Of a stretch of 64,000 nucleotides of DNA, positions 32,793 to 47,193 are shown piece by piece. The DNA comes from Myxococcales bacterium (GTDB lineage: Bacteria; Myxococcota_A; UBA9042; JABWCM01; BTVJ01). Each line of letters opens with the position of its first letter. Position 1 is the first letter of the stretch. The translations under genes and the position numbers were made by a program. The stretch is from positions 50,692-114,691 of the forward strand of contig BTVJ01000017.1 in assembly GCA_045863395.1 (NCBI GenBank). The letters run 5' to 3'. The notes under the pieces were generated by a model. The model made no database searches. It was not told where the DNA came from and saw nothing but the letters and a program-made list of their open reading frames with translations.

Positions 32793-33812
32793 CTACGGCA
32801 CCAGCACGATCTTCCCCACGTTCTGCCGCCCCTCGATGCGCCCGTGGGCCTCTGCCACGCGGTCGAAGGGGATGACGGCGTCCACCTTGGCGCGAATCTC
32901 TCCCCTCTGCCAGTGCTCCAGAACGGCGTTCATCTCGCCGGTGAGCATGTCGATCATGTGCCACATTTGACCCATGTCGACGCCCGCGAGGGTGCGGTTG
33001 CTCTTCATGAGGCCGATGGGCGTGAAGAGCGGGACCCGCAGGCCCTGCCACATGAGCTTGAGCAGGTTCCGGCGCTGGCCGGTTATTGCGTTGGAGAAGC
33101 CGAAGGCGATGAGGCGCCCGACCGGCTTGAGGAGGCGATAGCCCTTGCGCCAGTCGTTGCCGCCGAGGGGGTCGAGCACCAGGTCGACGCCCTCCCCGCC
33201 CGTCAGGCGTCGAACCTCCGCCGCATAGTCCACCGTGTGGTAGTCGATGGGCTCGTCGCAGCCGATCTCGCGCAGATATCCGTGCTTGCCGGCGGACGCA
33301 GTCCCCAGGATGCGAACGCCCGGGACCGTCCGGCAGAGCTGGATGGCCGCGATGCCCACCCCGCCCGCGGCCATGTGGATGAGGACGGACTCTCCGGGGG
33401 CCAGGTGCCCCACCCGGAACAGCATGTGGTACGCCGTCAGGTAGGTGACGGGGATGGCCGCCGCCTCCTCGAAGCCCATGGCATCGGGAAGCCGGAAGGT
33501 GTTTCTGGCGGGGGCGCAGACGGTGTCTGCGTGGGCGCCAAAGCGGGTGAGCGCCGCGACCCGGTCCCCGACGGTGCGGTCCGTCACGCCGGGGCCCACG
33601 GCGTCGATGACGCCTGCCGCCTCGTAGCCGACGACGCAGGGCGGCTTCGGGGCGCCGGGGTAGAGCCCCTGCCGGGCCATGACCTCGGCGAAGTTCAGGC
33701 CCGCGGCGCGCACCCGGACGCGCACCTCGCCGTGCCCGGGCTCCGGGTCCGGCGCCTCGCGCACTTCAAGGACCTCGGGGCCGCCGTGGCGTGTGATCCA
33801 GATTGCTCGCAT
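32793..33812 (-). CDS. MDR-family oxidoreductase (VAT-1-like)
   Basis: 'GLNFAEVMARQGLY', 'HMAAGGVG', 'NVGKIVL'. Confidence 0.92.
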   Translation of the reverse strand: MRAIWITRHGGPEVLEVREAPDPEPGHGEVRVRVRAAGLNFAEVMARQGLYPGAPKPPCVVGYEAAGVIDAVGPGVTDRTVGDRVAALTRFGAHADTVCAPARNTFRLPDAMGFEEAAAIPVTYLTAYHMLFRVGHLAPGESVLIHMAAGGVGIAAIQLCRTVPGVRILGTASAGKHGYLREIGCDEPIDYHTVDYAAEVRRLTGGEGVDLVLDPLGGNDWRKGYRLLKPVGRLIAFGFSNAITGQRRNLLKLMWQGLRVPLFTPIGLMKSNRTLAGVDMGQMWHMIDMLTGEMNAVLEHWQRGEIRAKVDAVIPFDRVAEAHGRIEGRQNVGKIVLVP

Positions 33813-33881
33813 GGGGTCCTCCGCGGGTCGGTGAGATGCCGCCGGAGGATGGCACGAATCGAGGGAGTTTGACAGGGGCGG

Positions 33882-35354
<1,473 letters not shown>

Positions 35355-35480
35355 GGCTCCACCTCGTCCAGGACGTTCGACTGACGCTGCTCATCGGCGT
35401 CTGAAGAGCGACGCATGAGGGAAAACCTTGATCGCCCCCCCCGGGTCCGTGATAGGGGGGCGTGGCGAGGAGGTGCTCCC

Positions 35481-36809
35481 ATGACGGCCCCGACCCTGTC
35501 CGCTCACTTCCGGAGCCGCGAGCCGAGCGACATCCGGCTCGCCCAGATCCAGTTCGCGGAGCGGCGCGACGGGACCGAGGCGCTCAGCGTCGCCATCGGG
35601 AACGTGAAGCTGCCCATGCACCCAGCCATGCGGGCGCGCCTGCATTCGCTTGGCGGCGAGGGGAGCCCCTTTCGCGAGGGAGTCGTACCCTACTCGGCTA
35701 CCGTCGGCCTGGAGGAGACCAACCGGGCGTTTCTGCACGTGATCGGGGCGAGCGGCTGCGACACGGCGGGGCTCTGGTCCCAGGTGACCGACGGAGGCAG
35801 CCAGGCCATGGAGCTGGCGATCGTGGGGGTGTGCGGCCCGGCGGGCACCCGGGAGCGCCCGCTGCTGGTCATCGACGCCGCGTACACCAACTACAAGGCG
35901 TTCGCGGAGCGGGTCGGGCGGGCCACCGTGGCCGTGCAGCGCACCCTCGGGGCCGACGGCAAGTTCAGCTTGCCACCGCTCGAGCACATCGAGCAGGTCA
36001 TCGAGCGGGAGCGGCCGGGGGCGATGCTCGTCATCCCCTACGACAACCCGACGGGCCACTTCTACGACCGGGACACCATGGCGGCGCTGGGGCGGCTGTG
36101 CGTGAAGCACGGGCTCTGGTTCATCAGCGACGAGGCGTACCGGGAGCTCCACTACACGGGGGAGGCGTCCTCCAGCGTGTGGGGGCTCACCGAGTCGGAG
36201 GTGCCCGGGATCGTGGGGCGGCGCATCAGCATCGAGACCGCGTCCAAGGTCTGGAACGCCTGCGGGCTGCGCATCGGCGCGCTGGTCACGGACAACCGGG
36301 AGCTGCACGTGCGGGCCGTGGCGGAGAACACGGCCTCCTTGTGCCCGAACATGGTCGGCCAGTGGGTCTACGGCGCGTTGGCGCATGTGCCCCACGACGA
36401 GCTGCACGCCTGGTTCGTCCACCAGCGAGCCTACTACGGGGAGATGCTGGCCGCGTTCTCCTCCCGCATGCGCGCCTTGGTGCCCGGCGTCATCGTGTCG
36501 AGCCCCGACGCGGCCATCTACACGGTCGTCGACGTGCGCGACGTGGTGGCGCCTGGCTTCGACTCCCACGCCTTCGTGCTCTGGTGCGCGCGGGAGGGCA
36601 GCGCCGAGGTGGAGGGCCGGTCGATGACCCTGCTCGTCGCTCCCATGGCGGGCTTCTACTCGGTGAGGGGACCGGCAAACCCTGGCCACACCCAGATGCG
36701 CATCGCCTACGTGGACACGCCCGAGCGCATGGCCATGGTGCCCGACCTGCTGGCGCGGCTGCTGCGCCGGTACGAAGAGGTCCGCGCCGCTGGCCGCCCT
36801 ACACGCTGA
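35481..36809 (+). CDS. Class I/II PLP aminotransferase
   Basis: 'DNPTG', 'SDEAY', 'SK...CGLRIG'; AGGAGG RBS. Confidence 0.88.
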   Translation: MTAPTLSAHFRSREPSDIRLAQIQFAERRDGTEALSVAIGNVKLPMHPAMRARLHSLGGEGSPFREGVVPYSATVGLEETNRAFLHVIGASGCDTAGLWSQVTDGGSQAMELAIVGVCGPAGTRERPLLVIDAAYTNYKAFAERVGRATVAVQRTLGADGKFSLPPLEHIEQVIERERPGAMLVIPYDNPTGHFYDRDTMAALGRLCVKHGLWFISDEAYRELHYTGEASSSVWGLTESEVPGIVGRRISIETASKVWNACGLRIGALVTDNRELHVRAVAENTASLCPNMVGQWVYGALAHVPHDELHAWFVHQRAYYGEMLAAFSSRMRALVPGVIVSSPDAAIYTVVDVRDVVAPGFDSHAFVLWCAREGSAEVEGRSMTLLVAPMAGFYSVRGPANPGHTQMRIAYVDTPERMAMVPDLLARLLRRYEEVRAAGRPTR

Positions 36810-38472
36810 GCAGCGCCTGCAGCTCGCGCTTGAGGACCTTGCCCGTGGGGTTGCGGGGCAGCTCCTCCACCACCTCCCACTGGCGCGGCACCTTGAAGCC
36901 GGCGAGGCGCTCGCGGGCCCACCGCTCCAGCTCCGGCACGTCCAGGTCGCCGTCGGCCACCACCACCGCCGCCAGCCGCTCACCCCACTCGTCGTCGGGC
37001 AGTCCGACCACCGCTACGTCGCGGACCGCCGGGTGGTGGGCGAGCACGTCCTCGATCTCCGCCGGGTACAGGTTCACGCCGCCCGAGATCACCATGTCCC
37101 GGGAGCGCCCCGCCAGGTAGACGTAGCCGTCGGCGTCGAGGCGGCCCAGGTCATCGACCGTCGACCAGGCGGTGCGGGACTGCCCCTCGTGGTTCAGGTA
37201 GCCCTCCATGGTCTGCTCGTTGCGGACCCAGAGGGTGCCGACCTCGCCGGTGGGGAGGTCGCGGCCGTCGTCGCTCCGCACCGCCACCTGCTGCCCGGGG
37301 ATCGGGCGACCGACGGTGCCGGGGCGGGCGAGCATCTCCTCCCCGTTGGCGAGGGTCACCCAGCCGAGCTCCGTCGCGCCGTAGAAGTCGAAGATCTTCT
37401 CGGGTGCGAAGCGCCGCGCCGCCTGCTCCCGCAGCGCCTGAGGGAAGGGCGCGGCCCCACACACGATGGCGCGCAGGTGGGGGGTCGGGGTCGCCGCGTG
37501 GAGCTCCTGGGGGAGCGCCAGGATGCGGTGCAGCATGGTCGGCACGAGGAAGACGCTGTGGATGCCGTGGGTGGACAATGCGCGCAGGGTCGCCTCGGGC
37601 TCGAAGTGGGCGTGCAGGTGCACCGTGCAGCCGAGCCCGAGGTGCATGAGCAGGAACACCTGGGCGGCGCTGTGGTACAGCGGCGACACGATCAGGTGGC
37701 TGCCGCCCGCCAGGAAGGGGATGCGGTCGAGGACGCGGGCCAGCTCCAGCAGGCCGAAGCGGGCAAAGTCCCGCAGCGCCCCCTTCGGGCGCCCGGTGGT
37801 GCCCGACGTATAGACCACATTGTCGCTCACGGCCTTGCCGCGCTCGCGGCGGGGGAAGCGATCCTCGCCAGAGGCGACCAGCTCGTCGAAGGAGAGTGCG
37901 CCAGGCGGCGCGTCGCCCGGGGCGGCCTGCACCAAGGTCACGGGCTCGCCGAGGCGGTCGGCGGCTGAGCGAGCGGCGGGCATGGACGCCGGCGAGGCGA
38001 TGACGAGGCGGGCGCCGCTGTCTCTCATCTGGTGGAGCAGCTCCTCGCCGGTGAGGCGATAGCTGGCGTGGACGGCCCGCGCGCCAAGGCGGAGCAGCGC
38101 CATCCAGGCGACCACGTACTCCAGGCGGTTGTCCATCATGAGGACGATGGGGGAGCGCCGCCCGAAGCCCAGCGTCTGAAGGGCCGTGGCCAGACGGTTG
38201 ATGCGCGCGTCCAGGTCATGGAAGGTGATGGAGCGGTCCCCGTCGACCAGGGCGGGGCGGTCCGGGTGTCCGTGGCGGTGGATGGTGACCGACGTGCGCA
38301 CGCCGAGCCCGTGGGCGAAGATCGTGCCGACGGTGCGCGGGAGGGCGCGGAGGCTCAGCTCGCCGGTGATGCCCGCCGTGCGGGCGACGCGGACCACCCG
38401 GGCGAGGCGGCGGGGGAGCGGGTCGAGCCGCTCCCGGAGCAGGTGATCGGCGAACCAGACGCGGGCGGACAT
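36799..38472 (-). CDS. AMP-binding acyl-CoA synthetase
   Basis: 'YTSGTTGRPKG', 'YGATE', 'DMVISGGVN', 'PRNPTGK'. Confidence 0.92.
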   Translation of the reverse strand: MSARVWFADHLLRERLDPLPRRLARVVRVARTAGITGELSLRALPRTVGTIFAHGLGVRTSVTIHRHGHPDRPALVDGDRSITFHDLDARINRLATALQTLGFGRRSPIVLMMDNRLEYVVAWMALLRLGARAVHASYRLTGEELLHQMRDSGARLVIASPASMPAARSAADRLGEPVTLVQAAPGDAPPGALSFDELVASGEDRFPRRERGKAVSDNVVYTSGTTGRPKGALRDFARFGLLELARVLDRIPFLAGGSHLIVSPLYHSAAQVFLLMHLGLGCTVHLHAHFEPEATLRALSTHGIHSVFLVPTMLHRILALPQELHAATPTPHLRAIVCGAAPFPQALREQAARRFAPEKIFDFYGATELGWVTLANGEEMLARPGTVGRPIPGQQVAVRSDDGRDLPTGEVGTLWVRNEQTMEGYLNHEGQSRTAWSTVDDLGRLDADGYVYLAGRSRDMVISGGVNLYPAEIEDVLAHHPAVRDVAVVGLPDDEWGERLAAVVVADGDLDVPELERWARERLAGFKVPRQWEVVEELPRNPTGKVLKRELQALLSV

Positions 38473-38637
38473 GGGGTGCCTCCTCGGAGCATGGAAGCGG
38501 CGAGGATACCACCGCGGGCACGGGTGACAATGGGGAAGCGACGTCGCGCGCGGCGAGCACCTTGGGCGCAGGGGGCGAGCTTGGGGTTGACCGGGCACCC
38601 CGTCCTGGCGCAGAGTCCCCGCCCCGGAGGCGAGCAC

Positions 38638-39749
38638 ATGGAGCTGCCCATCAGAGACGTCGCGACCGCGCGCGGCTTGAAGGAGCTGATCGACGGGATC
38701 GCGACGAGCGAGCGCGTGGGCCTGGACACCGAGTTCCACGGGGAGGAGACCTACATCCCTGCGCTGATGCTCGTACAGGTGGCGACGGAGGACGCGGTCT
38801 GGCTCGTGGACCCGCTCGCCGGAATGGATCTCGTCTCCCTGGCGCGGGCCCTGGCGCGCCCCGGCCTTGTCGTCATCGGGCACGCGCTGCGGCAGGACCT
38901 GGCGATCTTCGCCTTGCGGTGGGGGGTCGAGCTGTCGACGGTGTTCGATACCCAGGTCGGGGCGGCCTTCGCGGGGTGGGGGCGGCAGATGGGCCTCTCG
39001 CCGCTGCTGGAGCGGGCCTTCGGGGTGCAGCTCGACAAGGGCTATCAGCGGGCGGACTGGGGGCGGCGGCCGCTGCCTGAGGGGCAGCGGCGCTACGCCG
39101 CGGACGACGTGCGGTGGCTGCTGCCGCTGCACGGCCTGCTGTCCGACGCGCTGGGGGAGCGGGTGCGCTGGGTGCTCGACGAGGGGCGATCGCTCGCGCA
39201 GGAGGCGTTCGTGGAGCGGGACCCGGAGCGAGCCTGGCTGCGGGTGCGCGGCTCCCGAAAGCTCACCCCACGGGAGTGCACCATCCTGAAGGAGGTCTCC
39301 GCCGAGCGGGAGCGCCTGGCGTCGGAGCTGGACCGCACGCCCCACTTCCTGCTGCCCAACGACTGCCTGCTGGAGCTGGCGGCGCGCGCCCCGACGTCGC
39401 CGCGGGGCCTGGCGACGCCCCGGCTGCGCCACCGGGTGATAGCAGATGATCCCCACCGGTGGCTGGACGCCGTGCGGCGGGGCCTGGAGGCGCCGGAGGA
39501 GACGGGCCCCCGGAAGGTGGCGGCGCCCGAGCCGGTGGCAGCGCTCCTGGCGGTGGTGCGCGACGTGGCGGACGAGCTGGGCATCGACCCGACCCTGCTC
39601 GTGCACCGCAAGCAGGCGGAGGCGGCGGTGCGGCGGGGCGACGACGCGGAGGGCGTCGTTGCCGCATTGGGCCTGGATGGGTGGCGCCGCCAGGTGCTGA
39701 CGGAGCGGGCCCGTGAGGCGCTGCGAGCCCTTCCGCCGTGGGGGAGCCC

Positions 39750-39753
<4 letters not shown>
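38638..39753 (+). CDS. rnd: Ribonuclease D
   Basis: 'LDTEF', 'FDTQV', 'DW.RRPL', 'YAADDV'; HRDC-like C-terminus. Confidence 0.88.
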
Positions 39754-41891
<2,138 letters not shown>

Positions 41892-42012
41892 CCCTGGCGA
41901 GACGCCGCGTGCCGCCCGCACACACCCAACACGTTCGTTTCTGACGCTGCAGGTCCCCAGTGGAGACCGCCGACAGACAGTCACGGGTCTCCACCGGCGC
42001 TCATCGCCGGAG

Positions 42013-43671
42013 TCAGGGCACGTGCTTCAGCCGCAGGATCGCCTGGGCGTCGCCCGTCAGGATCGATGCCGCCAGCGTCTGCCACTGCTCGTCGAGGGCA
42101 GCGATGATGCCATCTTTGGAGATGGCGACGCCGATGCGGACCGTCGTGCCGTCGTGCTCGAAGGCGAACACGTCGGGGAGGGGGACCTTGGGCGGACCGC
42201 CCGGGTAGCATTGGAGCACGTCCGCCAGAATCAGAGCGCCTGAGGTCTGGAAGCACCCGCCCCCCGAGACCGTGTCGTCTACCGTCGCGCCCTCGCCCAG
42301 CTCGGGGATGCTCACAGCGAAGTCGAAGGTCGCCCCCACCGAGAAGGTGGCCCCGGAGAAGACCGCCGCGCCGGAGGTGCCAGGACCCCCGTCGATGAGC
42401 AGGTCCATGCCCAGCGGCTGACCCGAGGTCAGGGAGTCCGGGTAGAGCACGACCTCCTCGAGGCGGTAGGTACCCGACGGGGGCGGTCCGCCCTTGAGAG
42501 TGGGCGGGAGGCCCGGAGCCTGGGACACGGTGGCTCCCGGCTTGACGGGCGGTAGCGCGGGGCACTCTGCGCCCGGAGCGCAGACGGGGGTGACCGCGGC
42601 TGGAGCGGGCACGGCCTTCACGACGGCGAGGAGATCGCCGGCGAGGAGGCTCGCGACCGACGCGTACTCGGCGGGCAGCAGGGCGGCGAGCTGCTCCTTG
42701 GGGAAGGTCAGCAGCACCGAGAGGGTCCCGCCGGACAGCTCGTAGGGCCACGCGGGCGGGGGCACGACTGCCGGGGCGGTGCCAGACCAGCACTGGAGGA
42801 CGTCGGACCAGAGGACGCCGCCGGACGCCGCGAAGCACCCGCCGAGGTCCAGGTCGAGGTCGGTCGTCTGGTCGACGGAGAGCGAGGGCACGACGGCGCG
42901 CAGCGCGAGGTGGAGGCCAATGCCCCAGGCGTCCTGCGTGAACACGGCCGACCCGCGGCTCCCGCCGGTGCTTTGGAGCGAGAGGTCCAGGGGGAACGGG
43001 TCGCCCGCGGTCAGCGCGTCGGGGTAGACCCGCACCTCGGTGACGAACCAGGCGCCCGTCGGGACCGGCCCTCCGACCAACGCGGCCGGCAGCCCGGACG
43101 CGACGCTGACCGTGACCTCGGTTCCGCTCGGGGGAGGTGCAGGGCACTGGCCTGCGGCGGGGCACTGGTCGTAGCCGGCGGGAGGCTTGGTGGCGCCACC
43201 ACCACCACCACCACCACCACCACCCTCGGCACAGGCGCCCGCGGCGGTGCAGGTCCACCCGGCGGGGCAGGCGCCGCACGAGCCACCGCAGCCGTCGTCG
43301 CCACAGGAGAGGCCGGCGCAGGAGGGGAAGCAGTCGCAAGTGAAAGACGCCCCGCACAGGGTCCCCGCAGGGCACGTCCCGCAGAGGCCGCCGCAGCCGT
43401 CGTCCCCGCAGACGCGACCGGCGCAGGAGGGCGTGCAGCTCCCCCCGCCCGGTTTTCCGCCACCGATGGGGTTCCCCGCAGCATCAGGGTCTCCGCTCCC
43501 CCCGGGCCCCGCGTCGGCGACTACTCCCCCGCCCCCGTAGGGGCTCCCGGCGTCGCCGGCGAGGCTGCCCTCCTCGCCCTCGACCACGTAGTCCACGCAC
43601 GCGCTCAACGCGAGGGCCACCGCGCAACCCGAAGCCACCAGGAGCCGCGTACCCATGAGCACCTCCGCCAT
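42013..43671 (-). CDS. Cys-rich lipoprotein with two homologous C-terminal domains
   Basis: Lipobox LSAC; CGDDGCGG repeats; duplicated 'GGP.P.G......V..YPD.L' and 'GGCF..SG.....DVLQC' blocks. Confidence 0.8.
   Translation of the reverse strand: MAEVLMGTRLLVASGCAVALALSACVDYVVEGEEGSLAGDAGSPYGGGGVVADAGPGGSGDPDAAGNPIGGGKPGGGSCTPSCAGRVCGDDGCGGLCGTCPAGTLCGASFTCDCFPSCAGLSCGDDGCGGSCGACPAGWTCTAAGACAEGGGGGGGGGGATKPPAGYDQCPAAGQCPAPPPSGTEVTVSVASGLPAALVGGPVPTGAWFVTEVRVYPDALTAGDPFPLDLSLQSTGGSRGSAVFTQDAWGIGLHLALRAVVPSLSVDQTTDLDLDLGGCFAASGGVLWSDVLQCWSGTAPAVVPPPAWPYELSGGTLSVLLTFPKEQLAALLPAEYASVASLLAGDLLAVVKAVPAPAAVTPVCAPGAECPALPPVKPGATVSQAPGLPPTLKGGPPPSGTYRLEEVVLYPDSLTSGQPLGMDLLIDGGPGTSGAAVFSGATFSVGATFDFAVSIPELGEGATVDDTVSGGGCFQTSGALILADVLQCYPGGPPKVPLPDVFAFEHDGTTVRIGVAISKDGIIAALDEQWQTLAASILTGDAQAILRLKHVP
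43196..43222. repeat. (CCA)9 microsatellite encoding poly-Gly
   Basis: Uninterrupted cca run, read as GGT codons on the minus strand. Confidence 0.85.
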
Positions 43672-43717
43672 GAACCTGCGCCCCCCTTCGTATCCACCGG
43701 CGCATCGCCTCACGGCA

Positions 43718-44113
43718 TCAGCGGCCGGGGGCTCTGGCGCCCTCCCACTGCAGCGCCCACGCCGACAGCGCGGCGGCGGACAGCTCCAGGGCCACGAAGC
43801 CCCACATCTGTCCGCTGGTCTGGAAGCCCTCCAGCGCGACGCCCGAGAGCCGCCCGAGGCCGGTCCCCCCGATGAGCAGCGCCGCGGCGACGAGTCCGAC
43901 GCGGGTGCGCGACGGATCGGCCAGGCACCACCCAAGGAAACCGGCGATGCCCAGCTCCAGCCCGCCGTAGAAGGCCCGGACCTCGGTGCGCCCGAGCGCC
44001 GTGTCCGCGACCAGCCCCACGCCGGCGAGCGCCTCCGGGGCGAGGTAGAGCCACACCCCGAAGCCCGCCCATGCGAGCACCGACAGGCCGAGGACCATGC
44101 GAGGAGCCGTCAT
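43718..44113 (-). CDS. DUF4345-like small membrane protein
   Basis: Four hydrophobic segments; 'EVRAFYGG', 'GRL'. Confidence 0.75.
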   Translation of the reverse strand: MTAPRMVLGLSVLAWAGFGVWLYLAPEALAGVGLVADTALGRTEVRAFYGGLELGIAGFLGWCLADPSRTRVGLVAAALLIGGTGLGRLSGVALEGFQTSGQMWGFVALELSAAALSAWALQWEGARAPGR

Positions 44114-44278
44114 GCCCCCGAACGTACCGGAGACTCGCCAGTTGACGCAACCACGGCGCGCCGGGCGACGCCGCACCGCGTGTCCACTCCCGCCCCGGAC
44201 GCGGGCGCTCGCGACGTTGCCAGCACCCCGCCCCCGGCACTAGACTCTCGGCCGCCCCTCCAGGACCCACGGGTGCCC

Positions 44279-45913
44279 ATGAAGAGAGCCCTCCTGAAGC
44301 TCGCCGCCCTCGCTGCGCTGGCCTCGTGTGCCGGCTCCGCGGCGGACCCGTCCACCACCGATGCCGGGCACGGCGACGCGCTGAGAGCTGATTCCATCAC
44401 CGTGGATACGGCGCCCGGGGCCGACGCAGGAGCCTCTAGCGACGCCCTCGTGGACGCCTCCCCGGGCGCCTCCGATGCCGGTGGCGACGCAGACTCCGCA
44501 CCCCACGATGCCGCCCCGCTCCCGCAGGCCACCCCCATCCCGTGGTCTGGCACGGCCCCACCGGGATCGGGCGGGCCGTGGGCGCCGGTGCCGTTTGCGG
44601 GCTCCGCACCACCGCAGCACCCCCACATGGCGCCCAACGGACAGAGCAACATCCACAACGACGGCTGGATGACCGACGCCTACGACGGCCCGGGCCCCCT
44701 GGCGTCGAGCCCGACGACCGCGTCGAGCCAGCTCGGCGGTCTCTGCGGGACCATCACCTTCGACAGCCACGGGCGCATCGTCACGGTGTGCCTCGGGCTC
44801 GGCACGGCGACCCTGTGGCTCCTCGACCCCGCCACCCTCGCCCCGCTCGCCTCCTTCGAGCTCCCGCCGCGCCCGGCCGCGGAGCCCGGGACGAACCCGC
44901 TCCAGGACTACACGGGCGGAGGATACTTCTTCCTCGACGCCGAGGACCGCGCCGTCGTCTCCACGGGCCAGCAGACGGTGGTGTGGATCGCCCAGGTGGA
45001 GGGGCCGGAGGGGATCCGCCTGGAGCAGGTGAGGTCCGTGGACCTGTCCGCCGCGCTCGGCGACGGGGAGCGGCTGACCGGAGTGCTCCCGGACTGGTCC
45101 GGGCGGCTGTGGTTCGTAGGCAAGAAGCGCGGCGTCATCGGCGTCGTGGACGGCGAGGCCATCACGACGCTCGTGCTCGACGAGCCGGTGCAGAACTCCT
45201 TTGCCGTCGACGAGGACGGCGTCTACGTCGTGAGCGACGTGGCCCTCTACCGCCTCGACGCGCCACCGGGAGGCGCCCCGGCGGTCACGTGGCGCGAGGT
45301 CTATGCGAACACCGGCGTCAAGAAGCCGGGCCAGGCCGACGCCGGCTCGGGCACCACACCGACGCTGCTCGAGGGGGGGCTCGTGGCGATCACCGACAAC
45401 GCGGACCCCATGCAAGTGGTCGTCTATCAGCGGGCGACCACCGCCAGCCCGCGCAAGGTGTGCGAGGTGCCCGTCTTTCCCGCCGGCGGGGGCGCCACGG
45501 AGAACTCACTGGTCGCCTCCGGCCGCTCGCTGTTCGTCGAGAACAACCACGGCTACGAGGGCTTCTCCGACGTCGCCGCAGGCACCACCCTCCCCGGCTT
45601 CGCCCGGGTCGACGTCCGCCCGGACACCTCGGGCTGCGACCTCATCTGGGAGACGGCTGCCGTCTCGGCCCCCTCCGTGGTCCCGAAGCTCTCGCGCACG
45701 ACGGGCCTGCTCTACACCTACACGAAGGCGCCCGACTCCCCCGGCTGGTACTGGACCGCCCTCGACGCCGCCACGGGGGACGTCGCCTGGCAGGTGCTCG
45801 CCGGGACGGGCGCAGCGTACAACAACAACTACGCAGGCATGGCCCTGGGCCCGGACGGCGCCGCCACCCTCGGGGTGCTCGTCGGCGTCATCCGGCTCGC
45901 CGACGGGCCGTGA
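44279..45913 (+). CDS. Hypothetical lipoprotein (beta-propeller-like)
   Basis: Lipobox LASC; typical codon usage; 'HNDGWMTD', 'GSGTTPT', 'YNNNYA'. Confidence 0.75.
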   Translation: MKRALLKLAALAALASCAGSAADPSTTDAGHGDALRADSITVDTAPGADAGASSDALVDASPGASDAGGDADSAPHDAAPLPQATPIPWSGTAPPGSGGPWAPVPFAGSAPPQHPHMAPNGQSNIHNDGWMTDAYDGPGPLASSPTTASSQLGGLCGTITFDSHGRIVTVCLGLGTATLWLLDPATLAPLASFELPPRPAAEPGTNPLQDYTGGGYFFLDAEDRAVVSTGQQTVVWIAQVEGPEGIRLEQVRSVDLSAALGDGERLTGVLPDWSGRLWFVGKKRGVIGVVDGEAITTLVLDEPVQNSFAVDEDGVYVVSDVALYRLDAPPGGAPAVTWREVYANTGVKKPGQADAGSGTTPTLLEGGLVAITDNADPMQVVVYQRATTASPRKVCEVPVFPAGGGATENSLVASGRSLFVENNHGYEGFSDVAAGTTLPGFARVDVRPDTSGCDLIWETAAVSAPSVVPKLSRTTGLLYTYTKAPDSPGWYWTALDAATGDVAWQVLAGTGAAYNNNYAGMALGPDGAATLGVLVGVIRLADGP

Positions 45914-46068
45914 CGCTCACACGATGATCGCCACAGGCCCGCCCACGGGACACCACTTCGAGCGGCTCAACGCAGCGCACCGCACCACGCGGCCCGAGGC
46001 GGCAAGGTGCTCGCCAACGACGTGGACCAGGGTCCCCGCCCGCCCGTCGGACGACGGGCTGCCCGTCG

Positions 46069-46359
46069 CTACACGGGTCCGATCAAGTAGTGGGTGAAGC
46101 GCTCCCCGGGAAGCTCACGCAGCGCCCGTAGCTTGTCGGGTCTGACGAGCCACCCCAACCACCAAACCAAGAACTGCGGCGTAAACTCGATCATCGGCAG
46201 GTGGGCGGCCGCACCGAGCGCGACCCACCAGAGCCGAGAGTGACCGGTCAGGACTGCGGCGAGGGCGCACCCGATCGCCACAGGCCACATGGCCGCAAGC
46301 ACGGACCCGAACCGCCCGATCTCCTCGCAGTGATCGTCTCCTTGCATCGCAGACCTCAC
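46069..46359 (-). CDS. Small hypothetical membrane protein
   Basis: 96 aa with 2-3 hydrophobic segments. Confidence 0.4.
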   Translation of the reverse strand: MRSAMQGDDHCEEIGRFGSVLAAMWPVAIGCALAAVLTGHSRLWWVALGAAAHLPMIEFTPQFLVWWLGWLVRPDKLRALRELPGERFTHYLIGPV

Positions 46360-46407
46360 GTCGCCAGACGACCACCTCCAGCATTACCCCAGCGCCCGAA
46401 GTCGCCC

Positions 46408-46639
46408 GTTGCTGAACCTCGTCCAGGACCGCCCCATCCTCGATCTCCTTCAAGAATCCCAGCGGGTCGGCGCGGGCGAGGTCGCGGACGTCCGGGCGCT
46501 CCAGCGACACGTAGCGCTTGTGCGGAAGAGACGCCCGGCACAGCGTCGTCTTCCCCGACTGCCGCGGCCCCGTGACGGTCACGCCAGGGAAGGCCCTCGC
46601 GAGCTCGAGCAGCTTGTCCTCGATGCTCCTGCGGATCAT
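46408..46639 (-). pseudogene. Truncated AAA_14/DUF4143-type ATPase (N-terminal ~77 aa)
   Basis: 'MIRR...TVTGPRQSGKTTL...YVSLE...LDEVQ', after which similarity is lost. Confidence 0.8.
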
Positions 46640-46829
46640 GGGCGCCTCCGGGCTGATCTTCAATCGAGCTGTAAAATAGCCCGAAGACGCTGGTCAATGA
46701 GGTCGTGACCGTGGGTTTCGTTCCGGTGCGAGCACGTCTGCGACGGAGGCCCCCAGGACGGGTGGAGTCGCGAGCCGCGCGGACCTCAGTAGTCTCCTCC
46801 TCGCGCGGCGCGGCTGGCCTACGATCCTC

Positions 46830-46871
46830 GACGCTCACACGACGCTGGCGAAGAACCCCACCCGCTTGTCG
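46830..46871. repeat. 42-bp copy (1 mismatch) of the 3' end of the tandem AAA gene (49518-49559)
   Basis: gacgctcacacgacgctggcg[a/g]agaaccccacccgcttgtcg. Confidence 0.9.
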
Positions 46872-47015
46872 GGAGACGCGCGCGTGGACACGCTCGGACC
46901 TCCTCGACGGCCTGGCGACGCGCGCCTCCGCGTCCCCGACGACACGGGCCGCTACCGCGCAATCGCCTGACGCCCCGCCCCTGCCGGTCCCGAGTGAGAG
47001 CCTCGGTGCCGACGC

Positions 47016-47181
47016 ACAGGGTCAGCAACAAATAGGGGCGCGGCCCTCTTGCGCCGAGTTCGCGGCGGATCGGCCTCGGCCAACCCCGCGGATGTACTCC
47101 TGGTACCTCCCGGGGTTGGCCGGGGCCGAGCCGCCCGAAGGCGGCCATGAGGGGCGTGCAGCTATTTGTTGCTGACCCTGT
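47016..47181. mobile_element. MITE-like 166-bp palindromic element
   Basis: 20-bp perfect terminal inverted repeats acagggtcagcaacaaatag / ctatttgttgctgaccctgt; long internal hairpin. Confidence 0.75.
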
Positions 47182-47193
47182 CAATCGCGCCGT

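Noticed and set aside
45926..46286. 14-bp repeat gatcgccacaggcc (45926-45939 and 46273-46286)
   Set aside because: Short, GC-rich and not at an evident boundary; may be chance
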